From positions 480,001 to 512,000 of the forward strand of contig NC_002939.5 in NCBI RefSeq assembly GCF_000007985.2: a stretch of 32,000 bases of DNA, in the 5' to 3' direction. The position numbers were made by a program, and so were the translations under genes. A model generated the notes under the pieces. The model was not told where the DNA came from. It saw nothing but the letters and a program-made list of their open reading frames with translations, and ran no database searches. Origin of the DNA: Geobacter sulfurreducens PCA (GTDB lineage: Bacteria > Desulfobacterota > Desulfuromonadia > Geobacterales > Geobacteraceae). Positions within the stretch are counted from its first letter, which is position 1. The number at the start of each line of letters is the position of its first letter. Positions 9,193 to 16,163 of the stretch are shown here, piece after piece.

Positions 9193-9581
9193 CAGAGGTT
9201 TCCTACCTTGAGGGTTATTGTGGCGGAGGCGGCCGGGCGCCCGTCGGCCGTCACCTCGCCCGCGATCAGGTGGAGGGGGCCGAAAGATTTTACGACCGTC
9301 ACGGAGACGGTCAAGGTATCTCCCGCTTCCACCGTGCCGTGAAAGTCAGCGTGGTCAACGGCTGCAAGGATGCCGCCGCCGTTTGTGTCGTCCGCCGCGG
9401 CGATGCCGCCCAGCTGGGCCATGGCCTCCAGCAGGAGCAGGGAGGACCATCCCCGCGTACCGGCGGCGGTCGTCCGCATGAGGGCCGTGGCCGATCGGCC
9501 GGGCTCCTTGGCGATTATACGGTCGAGGACGAGAAAAGGATAGCGATGGGGCAGGAAGTCCCACGGAGCGGGGCTATGCAC
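9192..9581 (-). CDS. FabZ/FabA-like hotdog-fold protein (3-hydroxyacyl-ACP dehydratase-related; canonical catalytic His motif not evident)
   Basis: A 129-aa product if translation starts at GTG 9581, which overlaps the upstream stop by 8 nt; the 262-aa ORF on the track is an N-terminal over-extension. 'LPHRYPFLVLDRI' and 'LLLEAMAQLGG' match FabZ blocks. The intervening 'EPFFxGHFP' His block is replaced by 'TAAGTRGWSS'. Confidence 0.7.
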   Translation of the reverse strand: MHSPAPWDFLPHRYPFLVLDRIIAKEPGRSATALMRTTAAGTRGWSSLLLLEAMAQLGGIAAADDTNGGGILAAVDHADFHGTVEAGDTLTVSVTVVKSFGPLHLIAGEVTADGRPAASATITLKVGNL

Positions 9582-10614
9582 GCATACCCCCGGTGACGTC
9601 GATGGCGTGGTACGGTCCTTCGGGCGACGCTGCCAGGTGGAGCCCCCGGGCACCTTCGGGGAGGACCAGCAGGAGCGAGGCCAGGGCAAGCCCCCCCATG
9701 GCCAGGGATCGTCCGATAAGGTTGCCCGATTCCAAAGTCGGCACGGCAGGGAGTGGAGCGATGAGGGCTGTGATGTCGGCTGCGATTCCCGAGAGCGACA
9801 CCAGGGCCGGTGCCGCGGGTGGCATGAGTCGGTCGACCGTCTCCTGTTCCCGGCCGGCGGGCAGCATGCCCACCGTTCGCAGTCCCGTGATTCGGCCCCG
9901 CAGCCTGGCGGCGCGTCGTTCCGCATGGTCTCGCCGCTCAAGGACCAGGATGCCGCACCCCTCGCTGAAGGAGCGGGCATAGGTCCGCAACTGGCCCACG
10001 GCCTGGAAGCCGGCCATCATCAGCGGGGTCAGCTCATCCACTCCGCCCGCCAGCATCACGTCGGCCCGCCCTTCCTCCAGGAAACGACAGGCCATCTGGA
10101 TAGCAGCCTCTGCGGAGCAGAAGCGCTGTACTTGGGTCACGTTGGGCCCCTTGAGGCCATGCTCGATGGAGGCGTTGCTGGCGGCGGCATTGGCAACGGT
10201 ATTGGGGAAGAGCATGGGCACGAGCCCTTCCACGCCCCTGGAGAAGTAGCCGCCCAGAAACTCCACGGAATTGGCGATGCCGCCGAAGCCGCAGCCCAGG
10301 GCGATGCCGATGCGTGTGGGATCGCCCCCCTTCGGGTCGATGCCGGCATCGGCCAGGGCCATGCCTGCGGCCACAGTGGCCAGAAGGCTGCACCGGTCGA
10401 ACTTTCGGGCCTTGAGGGGAGGCATGAAATCGGCGGCCCTGAAGCCATCCGCCTTGCCCCAGAGATATCCGTCTTCACCGAGGACTTCAACGGGGACGGG
10501 GGTGAGGCGGCATTGACGCTGTGCCACCGTTTCCCGCAACGGTTCGATTCCCACCCCGGCGGCGGAGATGGCGGCGAGGCCGGTGACGGCTATGTCCATT
10601 GACGGGATGCTCAT
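9574..10614 (-). CDS. Beta-ketoacyl synthase-related protein (chain-length-factor-like; Cys retained, His-His motifs absent)
   Basis: A 346-aa product from ATG 10614, which forms an ATGA overlap with the upstream KS stop. Thiolase-fold N-terminus 'MDIAVTGLAAISAAGVG'. 'FCSAEAAIQMA' sits at the active-site Cys position. The C-terminal half lacks the 'HGTGT' and 'GHxxGAAG' blocks. Confidence 0.75.
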   Translation of the reverse strand: MSIPSMDIAVTGLAAISAAGVGIEPLRETVAQRQCRLTPVPVEVLGEDGYLWGKADGFRAADFMPPLKARKFDRCSLLATVAAGMALADAGIDPKGGDPTRIGIALGCGFGGIANSVEFLGGYFSRGVEGLVPMLFPNTVANAAASNASIEHGLKGPNVTQVQRFCSAEAAIQMACRFLEEGRADVMLAGGVDELTPLMMAGFQAVGQLRTYARSFSEGCGILVLERRDHAERRAARLRGRITGLRTVGMLPAGREQETVDRLMPPAAPALVSLSGIAADITALIAPLPAVPTLESGNLIGRSLAMGGLALASLLLVLPEGARGLHLAASPEGPYHAIDVTGGMRA

Positions 10615-11816
10615 CGTCCGATCACCACCGAGGTAACGTTGCCGCCAAAGGCAAAGGAATTGGAGAGGGCGACGGTTGCCGAGCTCTCCCGTGGGCCGTC
10701 GTGGCAGTAGTCCAGGTCGCACTCCGGATCGCTCCCCCGGAAGTTGAGGGTCCGGGGGATAATCCCTGCCCCCAGGGCCGTTACGGTGGCGACGATTTCG
10801 ATGGAGCCGGCGGCGCCCAGGCAGTGGCCGGTCATCCCCTTGGTGGAGACCAGGGGGACGTGCTGCACGTCAGCGCCGAACACGAGTTTCATGGCCTTGC
10901 TTTCCACCACGTCGTTGAGGGGAGTGCCGGTGCCGTGGGCGTTAACCCAGCCGATTTCGCCGGCAGAAACCCCTGCATTGTCGAGGGCGGCCCGCATTAC
11001 CCGGGCCGCTTCCGATCCGGATGGCTCCGGTGCGGTCATGTGATGGGCCTCGCCGGCCAAGGCATAGCCCAGAACGCGGCCGTAGATGCGAGCGCCCCTG
11101 CTGCGTGCCGTCTCCTCCCGTTCCAGGACCACGAAGGCCGCCCCTTCGCCGAGGGATATTCCCTGGCGGCCCAGGCTGAAGGGGGAGCAGGGCTCGGGAT
11201 CGACGACCCGCAGAGAGTTGAATCCGGCATAGGTGAGGATGGAGAGCGTGTCGCTTCCGCCGCAGAGGCAGGCGTCGAGCTGACCTGTGGCGATGAGGTC
11301 GGCACCCCAGCCGATAGCCGTGGCCGACGAGGAGCAGGCGGTAGTGATGCTTCCCTGGTAGCCCCAGAGGCCGAAGCGCTCCGCCAGGGCGGTGGTGGTC
11401 CGGTCCGGCAGGATGCAACGCAGGTCGCCCGGCCTTCCCTTCCCGCCCGCAAGACGGTCACGGAGCCAGGCCTCGCCGTGGATCATCCCCGATGCACCGG
11501 CCCCCACGCAGATCCCCACGGTAAAGGGGTCGTAGTGTTCCCTTGCGCCGCTCATGCCGAGGGCCTCCGCGGCTGCAACGGCGGCGAACTGGTCGGTGCG
11601 GGAAAGCCGCCGGGCGTCGGCCCGGTCAAAGTAGTCCAGGGGGGAGTAGTCGCGCACCTGGGCTCCGATGTGGGAAGGGAAGGGAGAGACGTCGAAAAGA
11701 TCCACCGGACCGATGCCGCAGCGTCCGTGCAGCAGGGCGTCGGTGAAGGATGCCAGGTCTTTGCCGGCCGCGCAGAAGATGCCGAGACCGGTTATGGCGA
11801 TGCGGGTTTTGTCCAT
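10611..11816 (-). CDS. fabF: Beta-ketoacyl-ACP synthase II-type condensing enzyme (FabF-like)
   Basis: A 401-aa product from ATG 11816; the track ORF is over-extended by 55 codons. 'RIAITGLG', active-site 'TTACSSSATAIG', 'EAHHMTAP', 'NAHGTGTPLND', 'STKGMTGHCLGAAG', 'NSFAFGGNV': a full Cys-His-His set. Confidence 0.9.
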   Translation of the reverse strand: MDKTRIAITGLGIFCAAGKDLASFTDALLHGRCGIGPVDLFDVSPFPSHIGAQVRDYSPLDYFDRADARRLSRTDQFAAVAAAEALGMSGAREHYDPFTVGICVGAGASGMIHGEAWLRDRLAGGKGRPGDLRCILPDRTTTALAERFGLWGYQGSITTACSSSATAIGWGADLIATGQLDACLCGGSDTLSILTYAGFNSLRVVDPEPCSPFSLGRQGISLGEGAAFVVLEREETARSRGARIYGRVLGYALAGEAHHMTAPEPSGSEAARVMRAALDNAGVSAGEIGWVNAHGTGTPLNDVVESKAMKLVFGADVQHVPLVSTKGMTGHCLGAAGSIEIVATVTALGAGIIPRTLNFRGSDPECDLDYCHDGPRESSATVALSNSFAFGGNVTSVVIGR

Positions 11817-11883
11817 CGTGATTCGTTCGAACGGCTCGAAGTGCCGGGCAAGGCTCTTTAGTGGATAACTGCCATATGGTGAT

Positions 11884-11912
11884 ATTGTAGCCGGACGGTC
11901 CGGCGAAGGCAA
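11884..11912 (-). promoter_or_regulatory. Candidate internal sigma70-type promoter in the fabG/KS gap
   Basis: The minus strand reads TTGCCT (11912-11907), 17-nt spacer, TACAAT (11889-11884). The spacer contains the palindrome CCGGAC-N-GTCCGG. Sequence-only prediction. Confidence 0.4.
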
Positions 11913-11950
11913 AGAAAAGTTGCCGGTCTTCGACAGTGTTGCGTGGCCCG

Positions 11951-12691
11951 TCAGAGGATTCCGCCGTCGACCACGAGGCACTGGCCGGTTATGTAGGATG
12001 CCCGGTCCGAGGCCAGGAAGGCCACTGCTTCGGCCACTTCCTCCGGGCGCCCGGTGCGGCCGAGGATGCTGCTACCCACGATCCGATCGACCATCTCCCG
12101 CTTCATGCCGGCAATCATCTCCGTTTCGATGAGTCCCGGCGCCACGGCGTTCACCCTGATGCCGAGAGGGCCCACTTCCCGGGCCAGAGATTTGGTGAAA
12201 CTGACCGCGGCCCCCTTGGTTGCGGCGTAGTTGGTCTGCCCGGCAGTGCCGGCAAAGGCCGATACGGAAGAGAGGTTGATGATGGCGCCCCTTCGTCTGG
12301 CGAGCATCTTCCGTACCCCCCACTTGCAGCAGTGGAAGAGGGGAGAGAGGTTGGCCCGCATGACCGCATCCCAGTCGTCCTCGGCCATCATGGCCAGGTA
12401 GCCGTCCCGGATGATCCCCGCGTTGTTCACGAGGACGTGGAGGGTGCCGCTCTCCCCGCTCGCCGCGTCGATGACGGCCATGGCCCCCTCTGCCGTGCCC
12501 ACGTCCGCCCGTATCACGGCAATGGAGCCGGGCAGCCCCGCCGCCTCGGCTTCCAGGGCGCGGGCCGCCTCATCGTCGGCGCGGTAGGCGGCGGTCACCA
12601 GTGCCCCTTGCCGGGCGAAGTGAAGGGAAATGGCCCGGCCGATCCCGCGGGTCCCTCCGGTGACGACCACGATGCTATCCTTAAATTCCAT
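11951..12691 (-). CDS. fabG: 3-oxoacyl-ACP reductase (FabG-type SDR)
   Basis: 246-aa ORF. '[12 protein letters not shown]' (TGxxxGxG), 'NNAG', '[21 protein letters not shown]' (S...YxxxK), '[12 protein letters not shown]'. AGGAGAG RBS. Confidence 0.9.
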   Translation of the reverse strand: MEFKDSIVVVTGGTRGIGRAISLHFARQGALVTAAYRADDEAARALEAEAAGLPGSIAVIRADVGTAEGAMAVIDAASGESGTLHVLVNNAGIIRDGYLAMMAEDDWDAVMRANLSPLFHCCKWGVRKMLARRRGAIINLSSVSAFAGTAGQTNYAATKGAAVSFTKSLAREVGPLGIRVNAVAPGLIETEMIAGMKREMVDRIVGSSILGRTGRPEEVAEAVAFLASDRASYITGQCLVVDGGIL

Positions 12692-12739
12692 GGGATTGTC
12701 TCTCCTGTAGGTGGCGGGCGATGCCCCGTGTGATGGCTG

Positions 12740-13813
12740 TCAACGGCCCGAGGGAGCGCCTGCTCCGTCACCGCTCGTCATGAAGCGCCTGATCCGTTCG
12801 TCGGTGGCCGGGTGGGTGGAGAAGTAGTCGCTGAGCGAACGCTCTTTCTTCCGGTCCTCTCCTTCCCCGGCTCTGCGCTGGTGATCCTGTTCGAGCCGGG
12901 CCAGGATATCTGCGTACCGGGAAAGCGGTATTCTTTTGCCGTGGAGATATTCGACCGCCGCGTCGTCGGCCTCCACCTCAAACTCGCGGGAGAACCGGGC
13001 GTCGACCAGAGCCGTGGGGAGCCCTGCCGACAGGGATGTCACCGAGGTGATGTCGCCGGTGATGGTTGCCAGCAGAAGTCCCGTAGCGGAATTCTGGAGA
13101 ACGTGGCGCAGGGCGTGGCGGTTGCGTACATGCCCCATCTCGTGGGCCAGGACCGCGGCGATTTCGTCGTCGTTTTTTGCCAGTTTCACCAGGCCGTCGG
13201 TCACCACGATGATTCCCGAGGGCAGCGCCAGGGCATTGGCGCCGAGCCGGTCGCTCCGCCGGAATTCGATTCGGTATCCCCCCGCGTAGGGAAGCTCGCG
13301 GGTCATTCGGGCGAAGAGGCGGGTCAGTTCCCGGCGGCGCGCGGCAGGGATCTGCGAGGGGGTGAAGATCATCCGGTCAAGGAGTGCAAGCCCTTCCCGC
13401 CCCAGGGATTCTTCGGTGGATGGTGGGATAGCGAACGCCGCTTTTCTCGCCAGAGCGGGAATGCCATACGTCACGAAAGCCGCGATGACCGCGACGGTCA
13501 GGACGAGGGCCACGAGGGCGCGCGGCAGGCTTCTCTCCCACCGGTGAAGCGCCGCCGAGCTTCGCCCCCGTCCCTGGCGGTGGAGAAGGCCGTCAGCGAA
13601 CCGTTCGTCGGAGAGCTCGCAGAGGGCGCCGTCGGGGAAGCGGATGGAGCGGCGGACCGTTGCCAGCCGGGGTGAAACCGTCACCTCGGTGATGAGGTAG
13701 GTTCGCTCCATTCCCTCTCCCCGCACCCTTAGCTTCGAGCCTTCCACAACCAGCGTGACCGCGGTTTGGGCTGAACTGATCCCGTCGTAGAACAGGCCGC
13801 GTGCTTCACTCAT
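12740..13813 (-). CDS. M48-family zinc metallopeptidase with a distinct N-terminal domain and one TM segment
   Basis: A 357-aa product from ATG 13813, which forms an ATGA overlap with the upstream stop; the track ORF is over-extended by 69 codons. 'LAHEMGHVRNRH' (HExxH) plus 'FSREFEVEADDAAV' (SRxxExxAD-type third ligand block). N-terminal 'GLFYDGISSAQTAVTLVV...IRFPDGALCELSD' domain, then a hydrophobic helix. Confidence 0.85.
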   Translation of the reverse strand: MSEARGLFYDGISSAQTAVTLVVEGSKLRVRGEGMERTYLITEVTVSPRLATVRRSIRFPDGALCELSDERFADGLLHRQGRGRSSAALHRWERSLPRALVALVLTVAVIAAFVTYGIPALARKAAFAIPPSTEESLGREGLALLDRMIFTPSQIPAARRRELTRLFARMTRELPYAGGYRIEFRRSDRLGANALALPSGIIVVTDGLVKLAKNDDEIAAVLAHEMGHVRNRHALRHVLQNSATGLLLATITGDITSVTSLSAGLPTALVDARFSREFEVEADDAAVEYLHGKRIPLSRYADILARLEQDHQRRAGEGEDRKKERSLSDYFSTHPATDERIRRFMTSGDGAGAPSGR

Positions 13814-15051
13814 AGGGCCACATCGATGCCGAAGATGTCGCCGATCTCCTCGCCGGTGGCCGTAACCTCCTCGGTCGGTGCCGCGGCAAACTCCTCCAGG
13901 TCTCCGGTGGCAAGGACTGTCAGGTTCTCCATCCGGTAGCGGAGGACCCTCACCGTGGCCCACGGGATCATGAGCCCCAGGGTCAGGAAGATGGCCACGG
14001 CATTGGAGAGATAGAGCCATGCCATGTGACGGGCCCGGAGCGAGCAGGTGAAACGGGCGCCTGCTACCTGCGTGCCGCTCCAGACGAGGTTCGTCTCGTT
14101 GGTGCTGATATAGATGACGAAATAAAGGTAGGCCAGGGGAATGAGGAACGCCGGCAGCACGGCTGCCAGTCGCCAGGGGCCTCCCGTACCCGCAGGCAGA
14201 AACGCCCCTCCGGCCAGGAACAGAAACGGGACCGCAACTATCACGATCGCAACAAAGCCTGCCACGGCCTTGAGGTAGAGGAGGTAAAAATCCCTGGTCG
14301 TGGCGGTGAAGGAAAATGAAGTCGTACCGTAGGCGGAGTTTTCCACGAGGAATCGTTTTCGCCGGTAGGCCGCATAGGGGTAGAGGAGTCCCAGCGTCAG
14401 CGGCACCAGCAGGGAGAGGAGCCCGTAGACCAGGTAGGCCTGGCGGTAGTCGGCCCGGAAGGTGAAGCGCAGGTTACGATAACTCGTGTTGCGGAGGTTG
14501 AAGAGGCGCGAGCGGACCACGAGCCACGGCACGGCCGCGAAGAACAGGGCGCCGATGACGAAGGAGAGGGTGGGGCTGTAATTGGTCCCGAGGGTATAGA
14601 GCAGAAAGGCCAGCACCCCGATGAGCCAGCCCCGGAACAGGACTCGGGGATTGGCCAGGTAGTCGAAGGGCGCACCGTGGAGCATGGTGTTGCCGTAGAG
14701 GTAGCGGCGCTTGCGGACCTTGGCCCAGGCCGAATAGACCCCCAGGGTGAGGATCTTGAGAAGGGTGTTGACGATCCAGATGCCGAAGTATTCCCTGGCC
14801 GCGCCGGTGAAGCTGAAGCGAAGGGTCCGGGGGCAGGCCGTTGGCGGGGCTGCGGGGGCGGCAACGGCTGCTTCCGGACCCTGCGGAGACGCGATCGTCG
14901 GAACCGGGTCGGCTTCGGCAGCAGCGCCTCGGGCGAACATGAACGTATCCCTGCACCGGGGACAGGTGACCTGGGCGCCGTCGGGAATGGTCCCGGCCGG
15001 CATGTCCCTGCTGAACCCACAGGCGGGGCAGCTTACGGTTTCACGGTCCAC
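13810..15051 (-). CDS. Zinc-ribbon + DUF898 (YjgN-family) multi-pass membrane protein
   Basis: N-terminal 'CPACG...CPRC' zinc ribbon, an Ala/Pro-rich linker, then 'FSFTGAAREYFGIWIVNTLLKILTLGVYSAWAKVRKRRYLYGNT' and a second similar half (DUF898 duplication). The preferred start is GTG 15051, with AAGGAG 5 nt upstream. The track start, TTG 15072, would overlap the S4 gene. Confidence 0.8.
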   Translation of the reverse strand: MDRETVSCPACGFSRDMPAGTIPDGAQVTCPRCRDTFMFARGAAAEADPVPTIASPQGPEAAVAAPAAPPTACPRTLRFSFTGAAREYFGIWIVNTLLKILTLGVYSAWAKVRKRRYLYGNTMLHGAPFDYLANPRVLFRGWLIGVLAFLLYTLGTNYSPTLSFVIGALFFAAVPWLVVRSRLFNLRNTSYRNLRFTFRADYRQAYLVYGLLSLLVPLTLGLLYPYAAYRRKRFLVENSAYGTTSFSFTATTRDFYLLYLKAVAGFVAIVIVAVPFLFLAGGAFLPAGTGGPWRLAAVLPAFLIPLAYLYFVIYISTNETNLVWSGTQVAGARFTCSLRARHMAWLYLSNAVAIFLTLGLMIPWATVRVLRYRMENLTVLATGDLEEFAAAPTEEVTATGEEIGDIFGIDVAL

Positions 15052-15064
15052 AGCCGCTCCTTGG

Positions 15065-15262
15065 TTACTCAATGACGAAGCACTCGCCCGCCACCTCCAC
15101 CTGGTCTCCCGGGCGAAGCTTGCGGCCCCGGCGAAGCTCGGTTTCGCCGTTCACCCGCACGGCACCTTCTGCGATGATGATTTTTGCCTCGCCGCCGCTG
15201 GCAACCAGGTTCGCCGCCTTGAGAAAGCTGTCGAGCTTGATGTGGTCGGTATCGATCTTCAT
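15065..15262 (-). CDS. S4-domain RNA-binding protein (YbcJ-like)
   Basis: A 65-aa product from ATG 15262 (GGAGAG upstream). 'KLDSFLKAANLVASGGEAKIIIAEGAVRVNGETELRRGRKLRPGDQVEV' matches the YbcJ/S4_2 pattern from memory. Alternative starts are ATG 15280 and 15283. Confidence 0.75.
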   Translation of the reverse strand: MKIDTDHIKLDSFLKAANLVASGGEAKIIIAEGAVRVNGETELRRGRKLRPGDQVEVAGECFVIE

Positions 15263-15359
15263 GGGCTCTCCGCGGGGCATCATGCCCCGTTCATACGGTT
15301 GTCTTTGTAGCATTTTTCTGGTAAGAATAGCGAGATTTTTTACCCATGGAGAACGACAC

Positions 15360-15923
15360 ATGCTTACCACATCCGATTTCAAACGCGGCCTTGTCATCAA
15401 GCTCGACAACTCCCCGTGCCTCATCCTCGACGTCCACTTCCAGTCCCCGTCCGCCCGGGGGGCCAGCACCATGGTCAAGACCCGCTACCGCAACCTCCTG
15501 ACCGGCCAGGTGCTCGACAAGACCTTCCGCTCCGGCGACAAGGTGGAAGAGGCCGACTTCGAGCGCCACAAGGGGCAATACCTCTACGCCGACGGCGACC
15601 GCGGCGTCTTCATGGATATGGAGACCTATGAACAGTTCGAGATGGACGCCGAGTCCTTCCAGGTCATCCAGCCCTACCTCCTCGACGGAACCGAGGTGGT
15701 CCTCGGTCTCTTCCAAGAGCGGCTCGTCAGCGTCGATCCGCCCCAGGTGGTGGAGCTGACCATCACCGATACCCCGCCGGTCATCAAGAATGCCACCGCC
15801 ACTGCCCAGACCAAGGAGGCCACCCTCGAAACCGGCCTCACCCTCCAGGTCCCTCCCTATCTGGAGGTTGGCGAGAAGATCAAAGTCGACACCCGCGACT
15901 GCCGGTTCATATCCCGCGCCTGA
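15360..15923 (+). CDS. efp: Elongation factor P family protein, EfpL/YeiP-like subtype
   Basis: A 187-aa product from ATG 15360 (GGAGA 8 nt upstream); the track ORF is over-extended by 96 codons. EF-P domains I-III are recognisable. The tip loop 'FQSPSARGASTMVKTRY' resembles E. coli YeiP 'IQSPTARGAATLYKMRF' rather than the canonical 'KPGKGQAF'. C-terminus: 'ATLETGLTLQVPPYLEVGEKIKVDTRD'. Confidence 0.9.
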   Translation: MLTTSDFKRGLVIKLDNSPCLILDVHFQSPSARGASTMVKTRYRNLLTGQVLDKTFRSGDKVEEADFERHKGQYLYADGDRGVFMDMETYEQFEMDAESFQVIQPYLLDGTEVVLGLFQERLVSVDPPQVVELTITDTPPVIKNATATAQTKEATLETGLTLQVPPYLEVGEKIKVDTRDCRFISRA

Positions 15924-15980
15924 GCGGGGATCAGGGGGCTGAGTATCCTCGTGCCGGCTCCGGATTACTCGAAAAAAGGG

Positions 15981-16009
15981 TTGACACAAACCCTGCTTCG
16001 GTTTATAAC
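15981..16009 (+). promoter_or_regulatory. Candidate sigma70 promoter for tRNA-Phe
   Basis: TTGACA (15981-15986), 17-nt spacer, TATAAC (16004-16009). An A-tract (GAAAAAAGGG) lies just upstream. The predicted start falls ~8-10 nt before the tRNA 5' end. Confidence 0.6.
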
Positions 16010-16023
16010 CTAAAGCTCTTTTC

Positions 16024-16099
16024 GCCCAGATAGCTCAGCTGGTAGAGCAGAGGACTGAAAATCCTCGTGTCGGCGGTTCGATTCCGTCTCTGGGCACCA
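16024..16099 (+). tRNA. tRNA-Phe (anticodon GAA), CCA encoded
   Basis: A 76-nt cloverleaf read by hand: acceptor GCCCAGA/TCTGGGC, D-arm GCTC-AGCTGGTA-GAGC, anticodon arm GAGGA-CTGAAAA-TCCTC (GAA at positions 34-36), T-arm GGCGG-TTCGATT-CCGTC, then A-CCA. Confidence 0.95.
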
Positions 16100-16107
16100 T
16101 AAAAATC

Positions 16108-16142
16108 AAAAGGCTTCGCGGATGATCCGCGAAGCCTTTTTT
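16108..16142. terminator. Bidirectional intrinsic terminator (tRNA-Phe on plus, peroxidase gene on minus)
   Basis: A 10-bp GC-rich stem, GGCTTCGCGG (16112-16121) / CCGCGAAGCC (16127-16136), with a 5-nt loop. It is flanked by an A-run upstream and TTTTTT (16137-16142) downstream, so each strand reads a hairpin followed by a U-tract. Confidence 0.8.
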
Positions 16143-16163
16143 CGTTGCCGGTGCAAAGCGCTG

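Noticed and set aside
9607-12733. Long plus-strand ORFs (331, 420 and 265 aa) opposite the KS-like, KAS II and fabG genes. Similar cases: 16122-16997 opposite the peroxidase gene, 20469-21710 opposite the HK, and 25279-25992 opposite the EAL domain.
   Set aside because: All are antisense shadows of genes with unambiguous catalytic motifs. None has a signal, motif or RBS of its own.
9192-15923. N-terminal extensions of track ORFs (9192-9980, 9574-10722, 10611-11981, 12740-14020, 15065-15478, 15072-15923; also 22444-23667, 21951-22529 and 28317-29528)
   Set aside because: The extensions overlap the preceding gene, are compositionally shadow-like, and lie upstream of internal starts that have RBSs or ATGA/TGATG coupling and canonical family N-termini. 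The shorter coordinates are reported instead.
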